This document shows, piece after piece, positions 32,397-46,856 of a stretch of 64,000 nucleotides of DNA (position 1 is the stretch's first letter; each line of letters starts with the position of its first letter). Source of the DNA: Nemertoderma westbladi. Taxonomy: Eukaryota > Animalia > Xenacoelomorpha. Made by a program: the position numbers and the translations under genes. The stretch spans positions 7,586-71,585 of the forward strand of contig JAUCBJ010008084.1 of assembly GCA_032718475.1 (NCBI GenBank), written 5' to 3'. The notes below the pieces were generated by a model. That model had not been told where the DNA came from, ran no database searches, and worked only from the letters and a program-made list of their open reading frames with translations.

Positions 32397-35300
32397 AGCA
32401 GGTTATAGAGGCGGGTAGATAGAACCAAAACAATAAACGATAGTTAACAAATGTTACAAGATTATGCAGGTTAGTAAAGGAGCAGGTTATAGAGGTGGGT
32501 AGATAGAACCAAAACAATAAACGATAGTTAACAGAGATTATGCAGGTTAGTAAAGGAGCAGGTTACAGAGGCAGGTATATAGAACCAAAACAATAAACGA
32601 TAGTTAACACGTGTTACTAGATTACGCAGGTTAGTAAAGGAGCAGGCTATAGAGGAGGGTAGATATAACCAAAACAATAAACGATAGTTAACACATGTTA
32701 CAATATTATGTAGGTTAGTAAAGGAGCAGTTATAGAGGCGGGTAGATAGAACCAAAAACAATAAACGATAGATGACACATGTTACAAGATCACGCAGGTT
32801 AGTAAAGGAGCAGGTTATAGAGGTGGGTAGATAGAACCAAAACAATAAACGATAGTTAACACATGTTACAAGATTATGCAGGTTAGTAAAGGAGCAGACT
32901 ATAGAGGCGGGTAGATAGAACCAAAACAATAAACGATAGTTAACACATGTTACAATATTATGCAGGTTAGTAAAGGAACAGGTTATAGGGGCGGGTAGAT
33001 AGAACCAAAACAATAAACGATAGTTGACACATGTTACAAGATTATGCAGGTTAGTAAAGGAGCAGGTTATAGAGGAGGGTAGATAGAACCAAAACAATAA
33101 ACGATAGTTAACACATGTTACAAGATTATGCCGGTTAGTAAAGGAGCAGGTTATAGAGGCGGGTAGATATAACCAAAACAATAAACTATAGTTAACACAT
33201 GTTACAAGATTATGCAGGTTAGTAAAGGAGCAGGTTATAGAGGCGGCAAGATAGAACCAAAACAATAAATGATAGTTAACACATGTTACAAGATTATGCA
33301 GGATAGTAAAGGAGCAGGTTATAGAGGCGGGTAGATAGAACCAAAACAATAAACGATAGTTAACACATGTTACAAGATTATGCAGGTTAGTAAAAGAGCA
33401 GGCTATAGAAGAGGGTAGATAGAACCAAAACAATAAACGATAGTTAACACATGTTACAAGATTATGTAGGTTAGTAAAGGAGCAGGTTATAGAGGCGGGT
33501 AGATAGAACCAAAAGAATAAACGATAGTTAACACATGTTACAAGATTATGCAGGTTAGTAAAGGAGCAGGTTACAGAGGCAGGTACATAGAACCAAAACA
33601 ATAAACGATAGTTAACACGTGTTACTAGATTACGCAGGTTAGTAAAGGAGCAGGTTATAGAGGCGGGTAGATAGAACCAAAACAATAAACGATAGTTAAC
33701 ACATGTTACAAGATTATGCCAGTTAGTAAAGGAGCAGGTTATAGAGGTGGGTAGATAGAACCAAAACAATAAACGATAGTTAACACATGTTACAAGATTA
33801 TGCAGGTTAGTAATGGAGCAGATTATAGAGGAGGGTAGATAGAACCAAAACAATAAACGATAGTTAACACATGTTATAAGATTATGCAGGTTAGTAAAGG
33901 AGCAGGTTATAGAGGCGGGTAGATAGAACCAAAACAATAAGCGATAGTTAACACATGTTACATGATTATGTAGGTTAGTAAAGGAGCAGTTATAGAGGCG
34001 GATAGATAGAACCAAAACAATAAACGATAGTTGACACATGTTACAAGATTATGCAGGTTAGTAAAGGAGCAGGTTATAGAGGAGGGTAGATAGAACCAAA
34101 ACAATAAACGATAGTTAACACATGTTACAAGATTATGCCGGTTAGTAAAGGAGCAGGTTATAGAGGCGGGTAGATAGAACCAAAACAATAAACGATAGTT
34201 AACACATATTACAAGATTATGCAGGTTAGTAAAGGAGAAGGTTATAGAGGCGGGTAGATAGAACCAAAACAATAAACGATAGTTAACACATGTTACAAGA
34301 TTATGCAGGTTAGTAAAGGAGCAGGCTATAGAAGAGGGTAGATAGAACCAAAACAATAAACGATAGTTAACACATGTTACAAGCTTATGCCGGTTAGTAA
34401 AGGAGCAGGTTATAGAGGCGGGTAGATAGAACCAAAACAATAAACGATAGTTAACACATATTACAAGATTATGCAGGTTAGTAAAGGAGCAGGTTATAGA
34501 GGCGGGTAGATAGAACCATAACAATAAACGATAGTTAACACATGTTATAAGATTATGCAGGTTAGTAAAGAAGCAGGCTATAGAGGCGGGTAGATAGAAC
34601 CAAAACAATAAACGATAGTTAACACATGTTGCAAGATTATGCAGGTTAGTAAAGGAGCAGGTTACAGAGGCAGGTACATAGAACCAAAACAATAAACGAT
34701 AGTTAACACGTGTTACAATATGTAGGTTAGTAAAGAATCAGGTTGCGGAGGCGGATAGATTGAACCAAAACAATAAACGATAGTTAACACATGTTACAAG
34801 ATTATGTAGGTTAGTAAAGGAGCAGTTATAGAGGCGGGTAGATAGAATCAAAACAATAAACGTTAGTTGACACATGTTACAAGATTATGCAGGTTAGTAA
34901 AGGAGCAGGCTATAGAAGAGGGTAGATAGAACCAAAACAATAAACAATAGTTAACACATGTTACAATATTATGCAGGTTAGTAAAGAAGCAGGCTATAGA
35001 GGCGGGTAGATAGAACCAAAACAATAAACGATAGTTAACACATGTTACAAGATTATGCAGGATAGTAAAGAAGCAGGCTATAGAGGCGGGTAGATAGAAC
35101 CAAAACAATAAACGATAGTTAACACATGTTACAATATTATGCAGGTTAGTAAAGAAGCAGGCTATAGAGGCGGGTAGATAGAACCAAAACAATAAACGAT
35201 AGTTAACACATGTTACAATATTATGCAGGTTAGTAAAGAAGCAGGTTATAGAGGCGGGTAGATAGAACCAAAACAATAAACGATAGTTAACACATGTTAT

Positions 35301-38300
35301 AAGATTATGCAGGTTAGTAAAGAAGCAGGCTATAGAGGCGGGTAGATAGAACCAAAACAATAAACGATAGTTAACACATGTTACAATATTATGCAGGTTA
35401 GTAAAGAAGCAGGCTATAGAGGCGGGTAGATAGAACCAAAACAATAAACAATAGTTAACACATGTTACAATATTATGCAGGTTAGTAAAGAAGCAGGCTA
35501 TAGAGGCGGGTAGATAGAACCAAAACAATAAACGATAGTTAACACATGTTACAATATTATGCAGGTTAGTAAAGAAGCAGGCTATAGAGGCGGGTAGATA
35601 GAACCAAAACAATAAACGGTAGTTAACACATGTTGCAAGATTATGCAGGTTAGTAAAGGAGCAGACTATAGAGGCGGGAAGATAGAATCAAAACAATAAA
35701 CGATAGTTAACACATGTTACTAGATTATGCAGGTTAGTAAAGGAGCAGACTATAGAGGCGGGATGATAGAACCAAAACAATAAACGATAGTTAACACATG
35801 TTACAAGATTATGCAGGTTAGTAAAGGAGCAGGCTATAGAAGAGGGTAGATAGAACCAAAACAATAAACAATAGTTAACACATGTTACAATATTATGCAG
35901 GTTAGTAAAGGAGCAGACTATAGAGGCGGGAAGATAGAACCAAAACAATAAACGATAGTTAACACATGTTACAAGATTATGCAGGTTAGTAAAGGAGCAG
36001 GCTATAGAAGAGGGTAGATAGAACCAAAACAATAAACGATAGTTAACACATGTTACAAGCTTATGTAGGTTAGTAAAGGAGCAGGTTATAGAGGTGGGTA
36101 GATAGAACCAAAACAATAAACGATAGTTAACACATGTTACAAGATTATGCAGGTTAGTAAAGGAGCAGGTTATAGAGGCGGGTAGATAGAACCAAAATAA
36201 TAAACGATAGATAACAGAGATTATGCAGGTTAGTAAAGGAGCAGGTTACAGAGGCAGGTATATAGAACCAAAACAATAAACGATAATTAACACGTGTTAC
36301 TAGATTACGCAGGTTAGTAAAGGAGCAGGCTATAGAGGAGGGTAGATATAACCAAAACAATAAACGATAGTTAACACATGTTACAAGCTTATGTAGGTTA
36401 GTAAAGGAGCAGGTTATAGAGGCGGGTAGATAGAACCAAAACAATAAACGATAGTTAACACATGTTACAAGATTATGCAGGTTAGTAAAGGAGCAGGTTA
36501 TAGAGGCGGGTAGATAGAACCAAAATAATAAACGATAGATAACAGAGATTATGCAGGTTAGTAAAGGAGCAGGTTACAGAGGCAGGTATATAGAACCAAA
36601 ACAATAAACGATAATTAACACGTGTTACTAGATTACGCAGGTTAGTAAAGGAGCAGGCTATAGAGGAGGGTAGATATAACCAAAACAATAAACGATAGTT
36701 AACACATGTTACAAGATTATGCAGGTTAGTAAAGGAGCAGACTATAGAGGCGGGTAGATAGAACCAAAACAATAAACGATAGTTAACACATGTTACAAGA
36801 TTATGCAGGTTAGTAAAGGAGCAGACTATAGAGGCGGGTAGATAGAACCAAAACAATAAACGATAGTTAACACATGTTACAAGATTATGTAGGTTAGTAA
36901 AGGAGCAGGCTATAGAAGAGGGTAGATAAAACCAAAACAATAAACGATAGTTAACACATGTTACAAGATTATGTAGGTTAGTAAAGGAGCAGGTTATAGA
37001 GGCGGGTAGATAGAACCAAAAGAATAAACGATAGTTAACACATGTTACAAGATTATGCAGGTTAGTAAAGGAGCAGGTTACAGAGGCAGGTACATAGAAC
37101 GAAAACAATAAACGATAGTTAACACGTGTTACTAGATTACGCAGGTTAGTAAAGGAGCAGGTTATAGAGGCGGGTAGATAGAACCAAAACAATAAACGAT
37201 AGTTAACACATGTTACAAGATTATGCAGGTTAGTAATGGAGCAGATTATAGAGGAGGGTAGATAGAACCAAAACAATAAACGATAGTTAACACATGTTAT
37301 AAGATTATGCAGGTTAGTAAAGGAGCAGGTTATAGAGGCGGGTAGATAGAACCAAAACAATAAGCGATAGTTAACACATGTTACAAGATTATGTAGGTTA
37401 GTAAAGGAGCAGTTATAGAGGCGGGTAGATAGAACCAAAACAATAAACGATAGTTGATACATGTTACAAGATTATGCAGGTTAGTAAAGGAGCAGGTTAT
37501 AGAGGAGGGTAGATATAACCAAAACAATAAAACGATAGTTAACACATGTTACAAGATTATGCAGGTTATTAAAGGATCAGGTTATAGAGGCGGGTAGATA
37601 TGACCAAAACAATAAACGATAGTTAACACATGTTACAAGATTATATAGGTTAGTAAAGGAGCAGTTATAGAGGCGGGTAGATAGAACCAAAACAATAAAC
37701 GATAGTTGACACATGTTACAAGATTATGCAGGTTAGTAAAGGAGCAGGTTATTGAGGAGGGTAGATATAACCAAAACAATAAACGATAGTTAACACATGT
37801 TACAAGATTATGTAGTTTAGTAAAGGAGCAGATATAGAGGGTAGATATAACCAAAACAATAAACGATAGTTAACACATGTTACAAGCTTATGTAGGTTAG
37901 TAAAGGAGCAGGTTATAGAGGCGGGTAGATAGAACCAAAACAATAAACGATAGTTAACACATGTTACAAGATTATGCAGGTTAGTAAAGGAGCAGGTTAT
38001 AGAGGCGGGTAGATAGAACCAAAATAATAAACGATAGATAACAGAGATTATGCAGGTTAGTAAAGGAGCAGGTTACAGAGGCAGGTATATAGAACCAAAA
38101 CAATAAACGATAATTAACACGTGTTACTAGATTACGCAGGTTAGTAAAGGAGCAGGCTATAGAGGAGGGTAGATATAACCAAAACAATAAACGATAGTTA
38201 ACACATGTTACAAGATTATGCAGGTTAGTAAAGGAGCAGACTATAGAGGCGGGTAGATAGAACCAAAACAATAAACGATAGTTAACACATGTTACAAGAT

Positions 38301-40170
38301 TATGCAGGTTAGTAAAGGAGCAGACTATAGAGGCGGGTAGATAGAACCAAAACAATAAACGATAGTTAACACATGTTACAAGATTATGTAGGTTAGTAAA
38401 GGAGCAGTTATAGAGGCGGGTAGATAGAACCAAAACAATAAACGATAGTTAACACATGTTACAAGATTATGTAGGTTAGTAAAGGAGCAGGTTATAGAGG
38501 CGGGTAGATAGAACCAAAAGAATAAACGATAGTTAACACATGTTACAAGATTATGCAGGTTAGTAAAGGAGCAGGTTACAGAGGCAGGTACATAGAACGA
38601 AAACAATAAACGATAGTTAACACGTGTTACTAGATTACGCAGGTTAGTAAAGGAGCAGGTTATAGAGGCGGGTAGATAGAACCAAAACAATAAACGATAG
38701 TTAACACATGTTACAAGATTATGCAGGTTAGTAATGGAGCAGATTATAGAGGAGGGTAGATAGAACCAAAACAATAAACGATAGTTAACACATGTTATAA
38801 GATTATGCAGGTTAGTAAAGGAGCAGGTTATAGAGGCGGGTAGATAGAACCAAAACAATAAGCGATAGTTAACACATGTTACAAGATTATGTAGGTTAGT
38901 AAAGGAGCAGTTATAGAGGCGGGTAGATAGAACCAAAACAATAAACGATAGTTGATACATGTTACAAGATTATGCAGGTTAGTAAAGGAGCAGGTTATAG
39001 AGGAGGGTAGATATAACCAAAACAATAAAACGATAGTTAACACATGTTACAAGATTATGCAGGTTATTAAAGGATCAGGTTATAGAGGCGGGTAGATATG
39101 ACCAAAACAATAAACGATAGTTAACACATGTTACAAGATTATATAGGTTAGTAAAGGAGCAGTTATAGAGGCGGGTAGATAGAACCAAAACAATAAACGA
39201 TAGTTGACACATGTTACAAGATTATGCAGGTTAGTAAAGGAGCAGGTTATTGAGGAGGGTAGATATAACCAAAACAATAAACGATAGTTAACACATGTTA
39301 CAAGATTATGTAGTTTAGTAAAGGAGCAGATATAGAGGCCGGTAGATAGAACGAAAACAATAAACGTTAGTTGACACATGTTACAAGATTATGCAGGTTA
39401 GTAAAGGAGCAGGTTATAGAGGCGGGTAGACAGAACTAAAACAATAAACGATAGTTAACACATGTTACAAGATTATGCAGGTTAGTAAAGGAGCAGGTTA
39501 TAGAGGCGGGTAGATAGAACCAAAACAATAAATGATAGTTAACACATGTTACAAGATTATACAGGTTAGTAAAGGAGAGGGTTTATAGAGGAGGGTAGAT
39601 AGAACCAAAACAATAAACGATAGTTAACACATGTTACAAGATTATGCAGGATAGTAAAGGAGCAGGTTATAGAGGCGGGTAGATAGAACCAAAACAATAA
39701 ACGATAGTTAAGACATGTTACAAGATTATGCAGGTTAGTAAAAGAGCAGGCTATAGAAGAGGGTAGATAGAACCAAAACAATAAACGATAGTTAACACAT
39801 GTTACAAGATTATGTAGGTTAGTAAAGGAGCAGGTTATAGAGGCAGGTAGATAGAACCAAAAGAAAAAATGATAGTTAACACATGTTACAAGATTATGCA
39901 GGTTAATAAAGGAGCAGGTTACAGAGGCAGGTACATAGAACCAAAACAATAAACGATAGTTAACACGTGTTACAATATGTAGGTTAGTAAAGAATCAGGT
40001 TGCGGAGGCGGATAGATTGAACCAAAACAATAAATGATTAACTCGTGTTAGAAAATTATGCAGGTTAGTAAAGGAGTAGGTTACCGAGGCGTGTAGATAG
40101 AACCAAAACAATAAACGATATTTAACACGTGTTACAAGATTATGTAGATTAGTACAGGAGCAGGTTACAG
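32397..40170. repeat. 84-bp satellite array, right arm (about 92 monomers), degenerate at the distal edge
   Basis: Same monomer, resuming in register after the TSD; the last monomers (about 39960-40170) are the most diverged. Confidence 0.98.
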
Positions 40171-41269
40171 TGAAGCACCGAATTACACAGACATATATAG
40201 CGTATATATATTCAAATATTATTGTTAGAGTTAAATATACGTGAAAAAAAACTGGAGAGAGTGAAACGTTGTATATGTATGAAGGACTTTAAACGTAAAG
40301 ATACAAGCATACCCGGAGGTGCCTCTATATATGAGTAATGAAGTTGAATTGAAGAACAACGACCTTTCATTGTCTGGCAATACAAAACCATATCTGATCG
40401 AACATACCGATAACACAATAAATTATCCAAAAAAACCTCACGCATATTACAATACCGGTACATAGGCCTAAACTAGCTGACTAGGCCTATATAAATATCA
40501 TACATTATTACGGTTATTTCTTACAGTAGTAGCAAAATTCCCTTTTCTGTTTTAGTACAAACGGAATTTTTTGAAAATTTGCGAGGATTGAAATTAAATA
40601 TATGCATTATGCTGTCAGAAAATGTATTACATTTTATACACTGAAAATAATTTAAGATGTCTTAACATTTTAGAATAGACCTATATCAGAATATTATTGT
40701 ATTATATTATATGTAATTTTCGTGATTTGAAGTAAATTTGGGAGCGCATCAGTATTGCGCGCTGCGCTGTTGCGTACCGCACACATCACTCACCTGTGTG
40801 CACACCTAGCAGCTGGTGCGCTGCGCGGCTATTTTCTGCCACAGTGGTACCGTTACTATAAAGCATAATTACCCGATTACCCGTACAGACATACCGGTAC
40901 TAACACTGAAATAACTAACATACCGGTATCTATGAAGTTGGTTTGGTAGGCTCAATCGTGTTTTGTTTTGTTTCGTTTAATGCTAATTTTAATGTCTATG
41001 ACGGTATTCAGTATTAGCAGTCGGATTTTTTGATCATAAATTTTTTAAATATTGTGGTTTGAATGAGTAAAAAAATGTTTTTTTGTAAAGAGAATACAGG
41101 AATATCTATTTTAATTAAAATATTGTTGAATCCAACCAATGTATATTGTATATTGTTGTTTGGCATAATTTTAATAATACCATATGTTTTATTGCATGTC
41201 AATATTGACATCTAATGTCAATATTGAGGGTTCTTATGTTCATTTATCCCCCACCAAATCTATTTAGAG

Positions 41270-42445
41270 GCCGTAGCGCAGCATCACAAATACTGAAACG
41301 AGCTGTCAAAGCGCTTTAGTTAGAGCCATTCTTGATGCATTATAAATACTGAAAAGAGCTTTTGAAACTATTCAGGCCTTCGCGCAGCACAGAAGCATGT
41401 TAAATACTGAAAAAGAGCTGCTAAAACTGTTCAGAGTCCTTTGCAGCTTTGTGCAGCATGATAAGTGCAGTTGAAATTGTTCAGAGGGTTTCATGCATCA
41501 TGAGAAAAACTGAAAAGAACTGATAAAACTGCCCAGAGGCATTCATACAGTTTGAAAAATACAGAAAAGATATCTTAAAGATGCTCAGAGACCGTTGTGC
41601 AGCATGATAAACGCTGAAAATAAATGTTGAAACTATTCAGAGACCTTTGTGCAGCATGATAAATGCTGAAAAGAGCTGCTGAAACTGTTCAGAGGTCTTC
41701 GAGCAGCTTGAGAAGGACTGAAAATAGGTTTTGAAACTTTTAGGCCTTCGCGCAGAATATGAAATACTGAAAAGAGTTGATAGAACTGTTCAGAGTCCTT
41801 CATGCAGCATGATAAATGCTGAAAATAATAGTTGAAATTGTTCAGATGGCTTCGTGCAACATGAGAAATGCTGAAAATTGCTGTTGACACTGTTCAGAGG
41901 CCTTCATGCAGCATGAGAAATGCTGAAAAGAGCTGTTGAAACTGTTAAAAGCCCTCATGCAGCATGAGAAATACTGAAATGAGCTCATAAAACTGTTCAG
42001 AAAGCAGAATCCTTCATGCAGCATGATAAATGCTGAAAAGAACAGTTGAAATTGTTCCATGAGCTTCGTGAAACATGAGAAATGTTTAAAATAGCTGTTA
42101 GAACTGTTCAGAGACCTTCATGCAGCATGAGAAAGGCTGAAAAGAGCTGTTGAAACTGTTTAATTGAATTCCTGAATTCGTAAAGCATGATAAATGTTGA
42201 AATGAGCTGTTTAAATTGTTCAGAGGCCTTTGTGCAGCTTAATAAGTACTGAAATAGCTGCGAAATTGTCCAGGCCTTTGCGCTGCATGTGAAATGCTTT
42301 GAAACTGTAAAAGGTTTTAAAACTGTTCTGAAGCCTTTGCGATCATCGCAATTTTCCAACCATGCAGCCATGCAAACACGAATTTTTGAAACAATTCAGA
42401 GGCCTTCATGCAGCATGGAAAATGCTGAAAATGACTGTTGAAACG
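41270..42445. repeat. Diverged ~52-bp minisatellite
   Basis: Unit approximates GCAGCATGAGAAATGCTGAAAAGAGCTGTTGAAACTGTTCAGAGGCCTTCAT, about 20 copies. Confidence 0.85.
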
Positions 42446-42477
42446 GTTTATACTTATAAGGTATACACACCAAGGTT

Positions 42478-42758
42478 CCACCTTGGTGTAGTGGTTGCAT
42501 TGAATTCACATCTCCTGTAGGTCGCGGGTTCGATCCTCACATGGGCCAGGCACCAGGGTAGTTTTCGTTTCGGCCCGAATGCTTTAAAGGGACCAGCCAG
42601 GGCGCATCTCTGCCTCGCATCCTTAAGTGGTAGCTAAATGAGTACTGGAGTTTCCTCTGGGGAGTAAAGTTCTGGGGGACCGCACTGGAAATAAGTTGTC
42701 AGACTTTGTGCGTAATCCCTGGCCTAGCGGCCGAAGAAAACTTACTTTACTTTTACTT
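42478..42758 (+). mobile_element. tRNA-derived SINE
   Basis: A box TGGTGTAGTGG, B box GGTTCGATCC, a body shared with about 46570-46625, a LINE-like 3' stem (GGACCGCAC...GTGCGTAATCC) and an (ACTTT)n tail. Confidence 0.65.
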
Positions 42759-42803
42759 TGACAGATACTGAAACCAAATGCCAAATAATATTTTGAATTG
42801 AAT

Positions 42804-43075
42804 CGGTCCGACGAATCTGTACAAAAAAAAATACAAAAAAATACAATATAGTACAAAAGAGTACAAAAGAGCAAACAGTGCACAGTGCAAAAATAGTACA
42901 AAAGAGTGCAAAAATAGTACAAAAGAGTACAAACGAGTGAGAAACGCATACAAAACGTGTATACCAGTGTAGTAGGTAGGCCTATACAGTTATACACTAC
43001 ACTTGCACAAACACTTACACAAATATAATTAATTGTAAGCAAATGCAACGGCACCGAAATATGCGCCGTTACAGT
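42804..43075 (+). mobile_element. Solo end of the Mutator-like MITE family seen at 51309-52298
   Basis: CGGTCCGACGAATCTGTACAAAA... matches the reverse complement of about 52045-52298. Confidence 0.75.
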
Positions 43076-43157
43076 GTCAATTTGTCTAGGATGGCTAAAA
43101 CGTCTGTCCTTATCTGATCTGACGGTATCTGACACTTGTTCCACCTTGGTTCAGAGC

Positions 43158-43263
43158 CCACCTTGGTGTAGTGGTTATATTGAATTCACATCTCGCGGAG
43201 GTTGTGGGTTCAATCCCGGCATGGGGGCCAGGGCCAAGGTAGTTTTCGTTTCAACACGAATGT
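43158..43263 (+). mobile_element. Second SINE head (tRNA-like part only)
   Basis: Similar to 42478-42580, with A box TGGTGTAGTGG and B box GGTTCAATCC. Confidence 0.6.
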
Positions 43264-43344
43264 TGGAAGTGAAGTTGAAGTTTTTTATTGGACGCCAAAT
43301 TATAGTAATAGTGCCTACTGTAAAACGAACACAAAGCATATTAA

Positions 43345-46200
43345 CCCTCCCCGGTAACGTGTGGTAAAATAATACCCCAAGGGGATTACTTTTGATATTT
43401 TTCGACAATCTTTCATATTATGTATGTCCAACTTCATAGTATCTTCCAAAAAACTTGTAATCTAACGATTGTGTGGGTCAAACCCATAAAATTTTGTTTA
43501 TGAAAAATGTTATGGGCCCTTAATTTGAAAACAACTTAGTTAGGTAAGATGGGGTATAAAAATACCCCATAACGTTATGGTGCTTTGTGACTCATTTTGG
43601 TTTCATTGGAACCACAATTGTCGATTTAGTTGTACTAGACAGCTAGAGGTATGTTTTAACTTTGACTTTTAAGACCAAATTATCAGTATTACTGTATTAT
43701 GAAGCTACTGTATTGTGTATGGCCTGTATTTCATAAGCCAAGACTTCGTCCTAATCGCGATGTGATAGATTGCTAAGTATATGTGAATAATTCTTATTGT
43801 AGGCTTTCTTAGAGGTGTTCTGGCCTTTTGGGTCTCATTTTGGGTTCATTGAAACTGCAATGTATTATTTAGTTGCACAATAATCACATTTTATGACCAA
43901 ATCATCATTACTTTTGCAGTCATGGTGTATATTTCATATTACAATTCAAGATCTTGTGCTATTGCGAGATCTGTATATATATATCACTTTGTTGACTTTT
44001 AGTGATGATATTGGACTCATTTTATGCTTATTGGAAATGCAATGGTATACTTCAGGGTGTACTTGACCCATAACACCACTAAAAAACCGAAAATGAGAAA
44101 CACTCTCACAGCTAATGCTTCGCTATGATAGTATCTTGTTGCAAAACGCCCCATCGCGACGTTAACGATGATCGCGATTGTAGTGGGATAACTTTTGTAG
44201 CATTGGGCGTTGGGTAGACTTCAACCAAATTGAAAAAAAAATTCACAACTTATTTTTTCACCATTTGGCAAATTCTGTAGGGCGTATTTATAGTCAGATG
44301 CCGTCCGATCCGATCCGATCCGATCCGATGCATTTCGGCAATTATTGTAGCTACAACTGTCAGACTGCAGACTGTACAAGCATCTGGCTGTCTGGAGTGG
44401 GGTAGGGCACATATTTAAAAAATATTTAATTTGCTGAGGTCAATTTTTCGGACTTGTAAATGGCTCCACGCAAGCAGTAGAGCCCAATCTGGCCTCGTTT
44501 ATAAACGCCAGCTTTAAATCGTTCAAAAAAAACATTCCTAACATCAACTTTGTCTAAACCCGTCTATGTCTAATTATTTAGTTAATGGAAGGGTCGCAGC
44601 CGTCAGCTGGTGGTAACCAGTATCGTTCCAAAGATGTGGAGGAGAGACGCGACGTGTGTGGCACTCCTTTCCATTAATTTGTAATGATATCGTTTATTGT
44701 TTTGGTTAGTTAGGTTTCGGTTTGGAGATGGTGTTCTGCGCAATAAAATAATTATCTTATATTTAATTATTTAAGAGGCAATAAATATACTTTAGTATTT
44801 TAGCTGCACAAACTATCATAACATGTGTGGTAGTGGAATATATTGAAGTAATTAAATGACTATTTTAATTGCAAAATTATATTATATTAAGAAATTTACT
44901 GCTTTGCTTAAATTTACTTGCACATGCCTTAAACCACCAAGCCACTGAACTTACCAATGGAGATATTTCCAGTGACCATACCATGGACCAATCGCAGGAG
45001 ACATCTACCTTCTCACCTGTGACACCTTCACATGTGCAATGTAGCCAGTGCTGAAAGGCTATGCAACCAATACAGAACCAAACTACTATGTGTGTATGTT
45101 GGATGGGCTAAATGTCTTACAGCAATAAGCTAAACTTGGAACCACCATTATACTATCAGCTGGCTATGATGCCAGTACTGCTCAAATTTTGGCGCCCCTT
45201 GGAAGGTGGCGCCCGGGGCCGACCCCCCCCCCCCCCCCCCCCTTCTGCACGCCACTGCACATTTCGGAAACAAGCTACAGTTCGTCGCAGCCCCCAATGA
45301 AAAAAAATTAACAAAAGGAAACATGAAAAAAAATATTATAGGCCTACTTTGAAAAAAATTTCCCGATTTTTTCCCGAATTCCCAAAGTTCCAGAATTTTA
45401 CAAAAATATCAGAGTGTTTTATAATGGATATCCCCGGGTAGTAACTAAATTTTGAAAAAAAAATAGAAGTCTTTTCCCAGAGAGGTCTGTTTTCGAGCAA
45501 GTCGGTACCCACTGGTACGGATTTACCACATTACCTTTCGCTAGGGAGGGGGCAAGCCCCCCCCCCCCCAAGATACCTGGGGAGGGGCAGATGCCCCATT
45601 GCCCCCCCCCCCCCCTAGAACCGCCACTGTCTACCGAGCATCACCATCCTGTCCCATAATAACTTCGCAGCGGCTTTGTGTCGACGGTCGAAAAGTGGCC
45701 ATACAGTAGTGCTTTTTTTCTGACCTTCGTCCTGGAACCCCACGCAGCCGGGTACTATACAGCTATACACCGGCTTTCATTGCAGTAAAGAAAAGTGTAG
45801 GCGCCGTATAACCGCGGTATAATCAGTTTTCAGATCTAGCTCCTCTACTAATTTATTATGCCCTAGATTAATTAAATAAAACACGGCAAAGATAGGTGGA
45901 ATATTCTGAAATTCAATTAAAGGGATATTGCGTTAGAGAAACTGTGATAGGCAAAACAGAAGTAGGCCTAAGCAGCTAGGCTTGTACAGTCTGCAGTCTG
46001 ATAGTTGTAGCTAGAATAATTGCTGAATTGCATCGGATCGGATCGGACGGCATCTGACATATAATTCTACCTCCAAATTCTGGGAGGGGGATTGCAAGTG
46101 TTTTTCTGTTTAATGTTACTTAAAATGTCTTATCAATTTGGGGTATAAAAATACCCCATGTTACCGGTGAAGAATAATTTTTTACCATACCGGGGGAGGG
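43345..46200. mobile_element. Non-autonomous piggyBac-like element
   Basis: TTAA|CCCTCCCCGGTA ... TACCGGGGGAGGG|TTAA, with subterminal AAATACCCCA repeats. Confidence 0.8.
44293..46058. mobile_element. Nested MITE with ~90-bp terminal inverted repeats containing (CCGAT)n
   Basis: GTCAGATGCCGTCCGATCCG...CTGTACAAGC is inverted at about 45980-46058. Confidence 0.75.
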
Positions 46201-46365
46201 TTAAAATTACGAAACATATTAAAATTGACAGCATACATAGACATACTTAATGATCGGCCCTGCATAACATTCCAGCATTCTGATAACATTTACAACAAAA
46301 TTAAAAATAACGTTAACCTGTTAACACAGTAACACTATTGAAAAATAATATGGTGCACCGCACCT

Positions 46366-46409
46366 AGGATAGCCCCATGAGGTTATACCTCGTTTCCATG
46401 GGGGTCCTA
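46366..46409 (-). mobile_element. CR1/L2-type 3'-tail stem-loop remnant (related copy at about 53149-53192)
   Basis: Reverse complement AGGACCCCCATGGAAACGAG...CTCATGGGGCTATCC resembles the L2/Crack tail hairpin. Confidence 0.4.
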
Positions 46410-46856
46410 TTTAAAATTCATTCTATTAATTAGCGCTCATCAAATACGGCATGAGAGTACAAATTTAATTAAATAAAATATATGAAAAGTGCAATAAAAT
46501 GTAAGATTTAATTAAAATATCTAAAAATAATGATCTGAAGTAGGAATAATGTTTTGAAGGGTTTAACGAGGCATCTCTCTGTCTCTGCCTTGCATCCTTA
46601 AATGATAGCTAAATGAGTACTGGACTTTATGCCTATGTCAGCATGTGAAGTTTCCCCGGTATTCCCCTTAAACCCGGGGGGGGGGGGGGTCAATATAACA
46701 CCCCCCCCCCCCCCCCCCCCCCCTCTGAAACAACCATACTAACTAACAGACTAAAAGACTAACTGAAACTAACTAAAAGGAATCAAATAAAATAGGCTAG
46801 AAATTTTAAACTTGTTTTTAGCGGCTGGTGCCAAATTTTGTTGCTGGCCCATGCTG

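Noticed and set aside
9836-39949. Long minus-strand ORFs with 28-aa hydrophobic repeats (FWFYLPASITCSFTNLHNLVTCVNYRLL)
   Set aside because: A by-product of an 84-bp (3n) monomer lacking stops in one frame. Frequent 1-bp indels break the frame and there is no unique start or terminal domain.
9682-40170. CRISPR-like regular repeat array
   Set aside because: Monomers are head-to-tail with no unique spacers, there are no cas genes, and the context is eukaryotic.
42478-42550. tRNA gene
   Set aside because: A and B boxes are present but I could not build a full cloverleaf, and it continues into a SINE-like body and tail.
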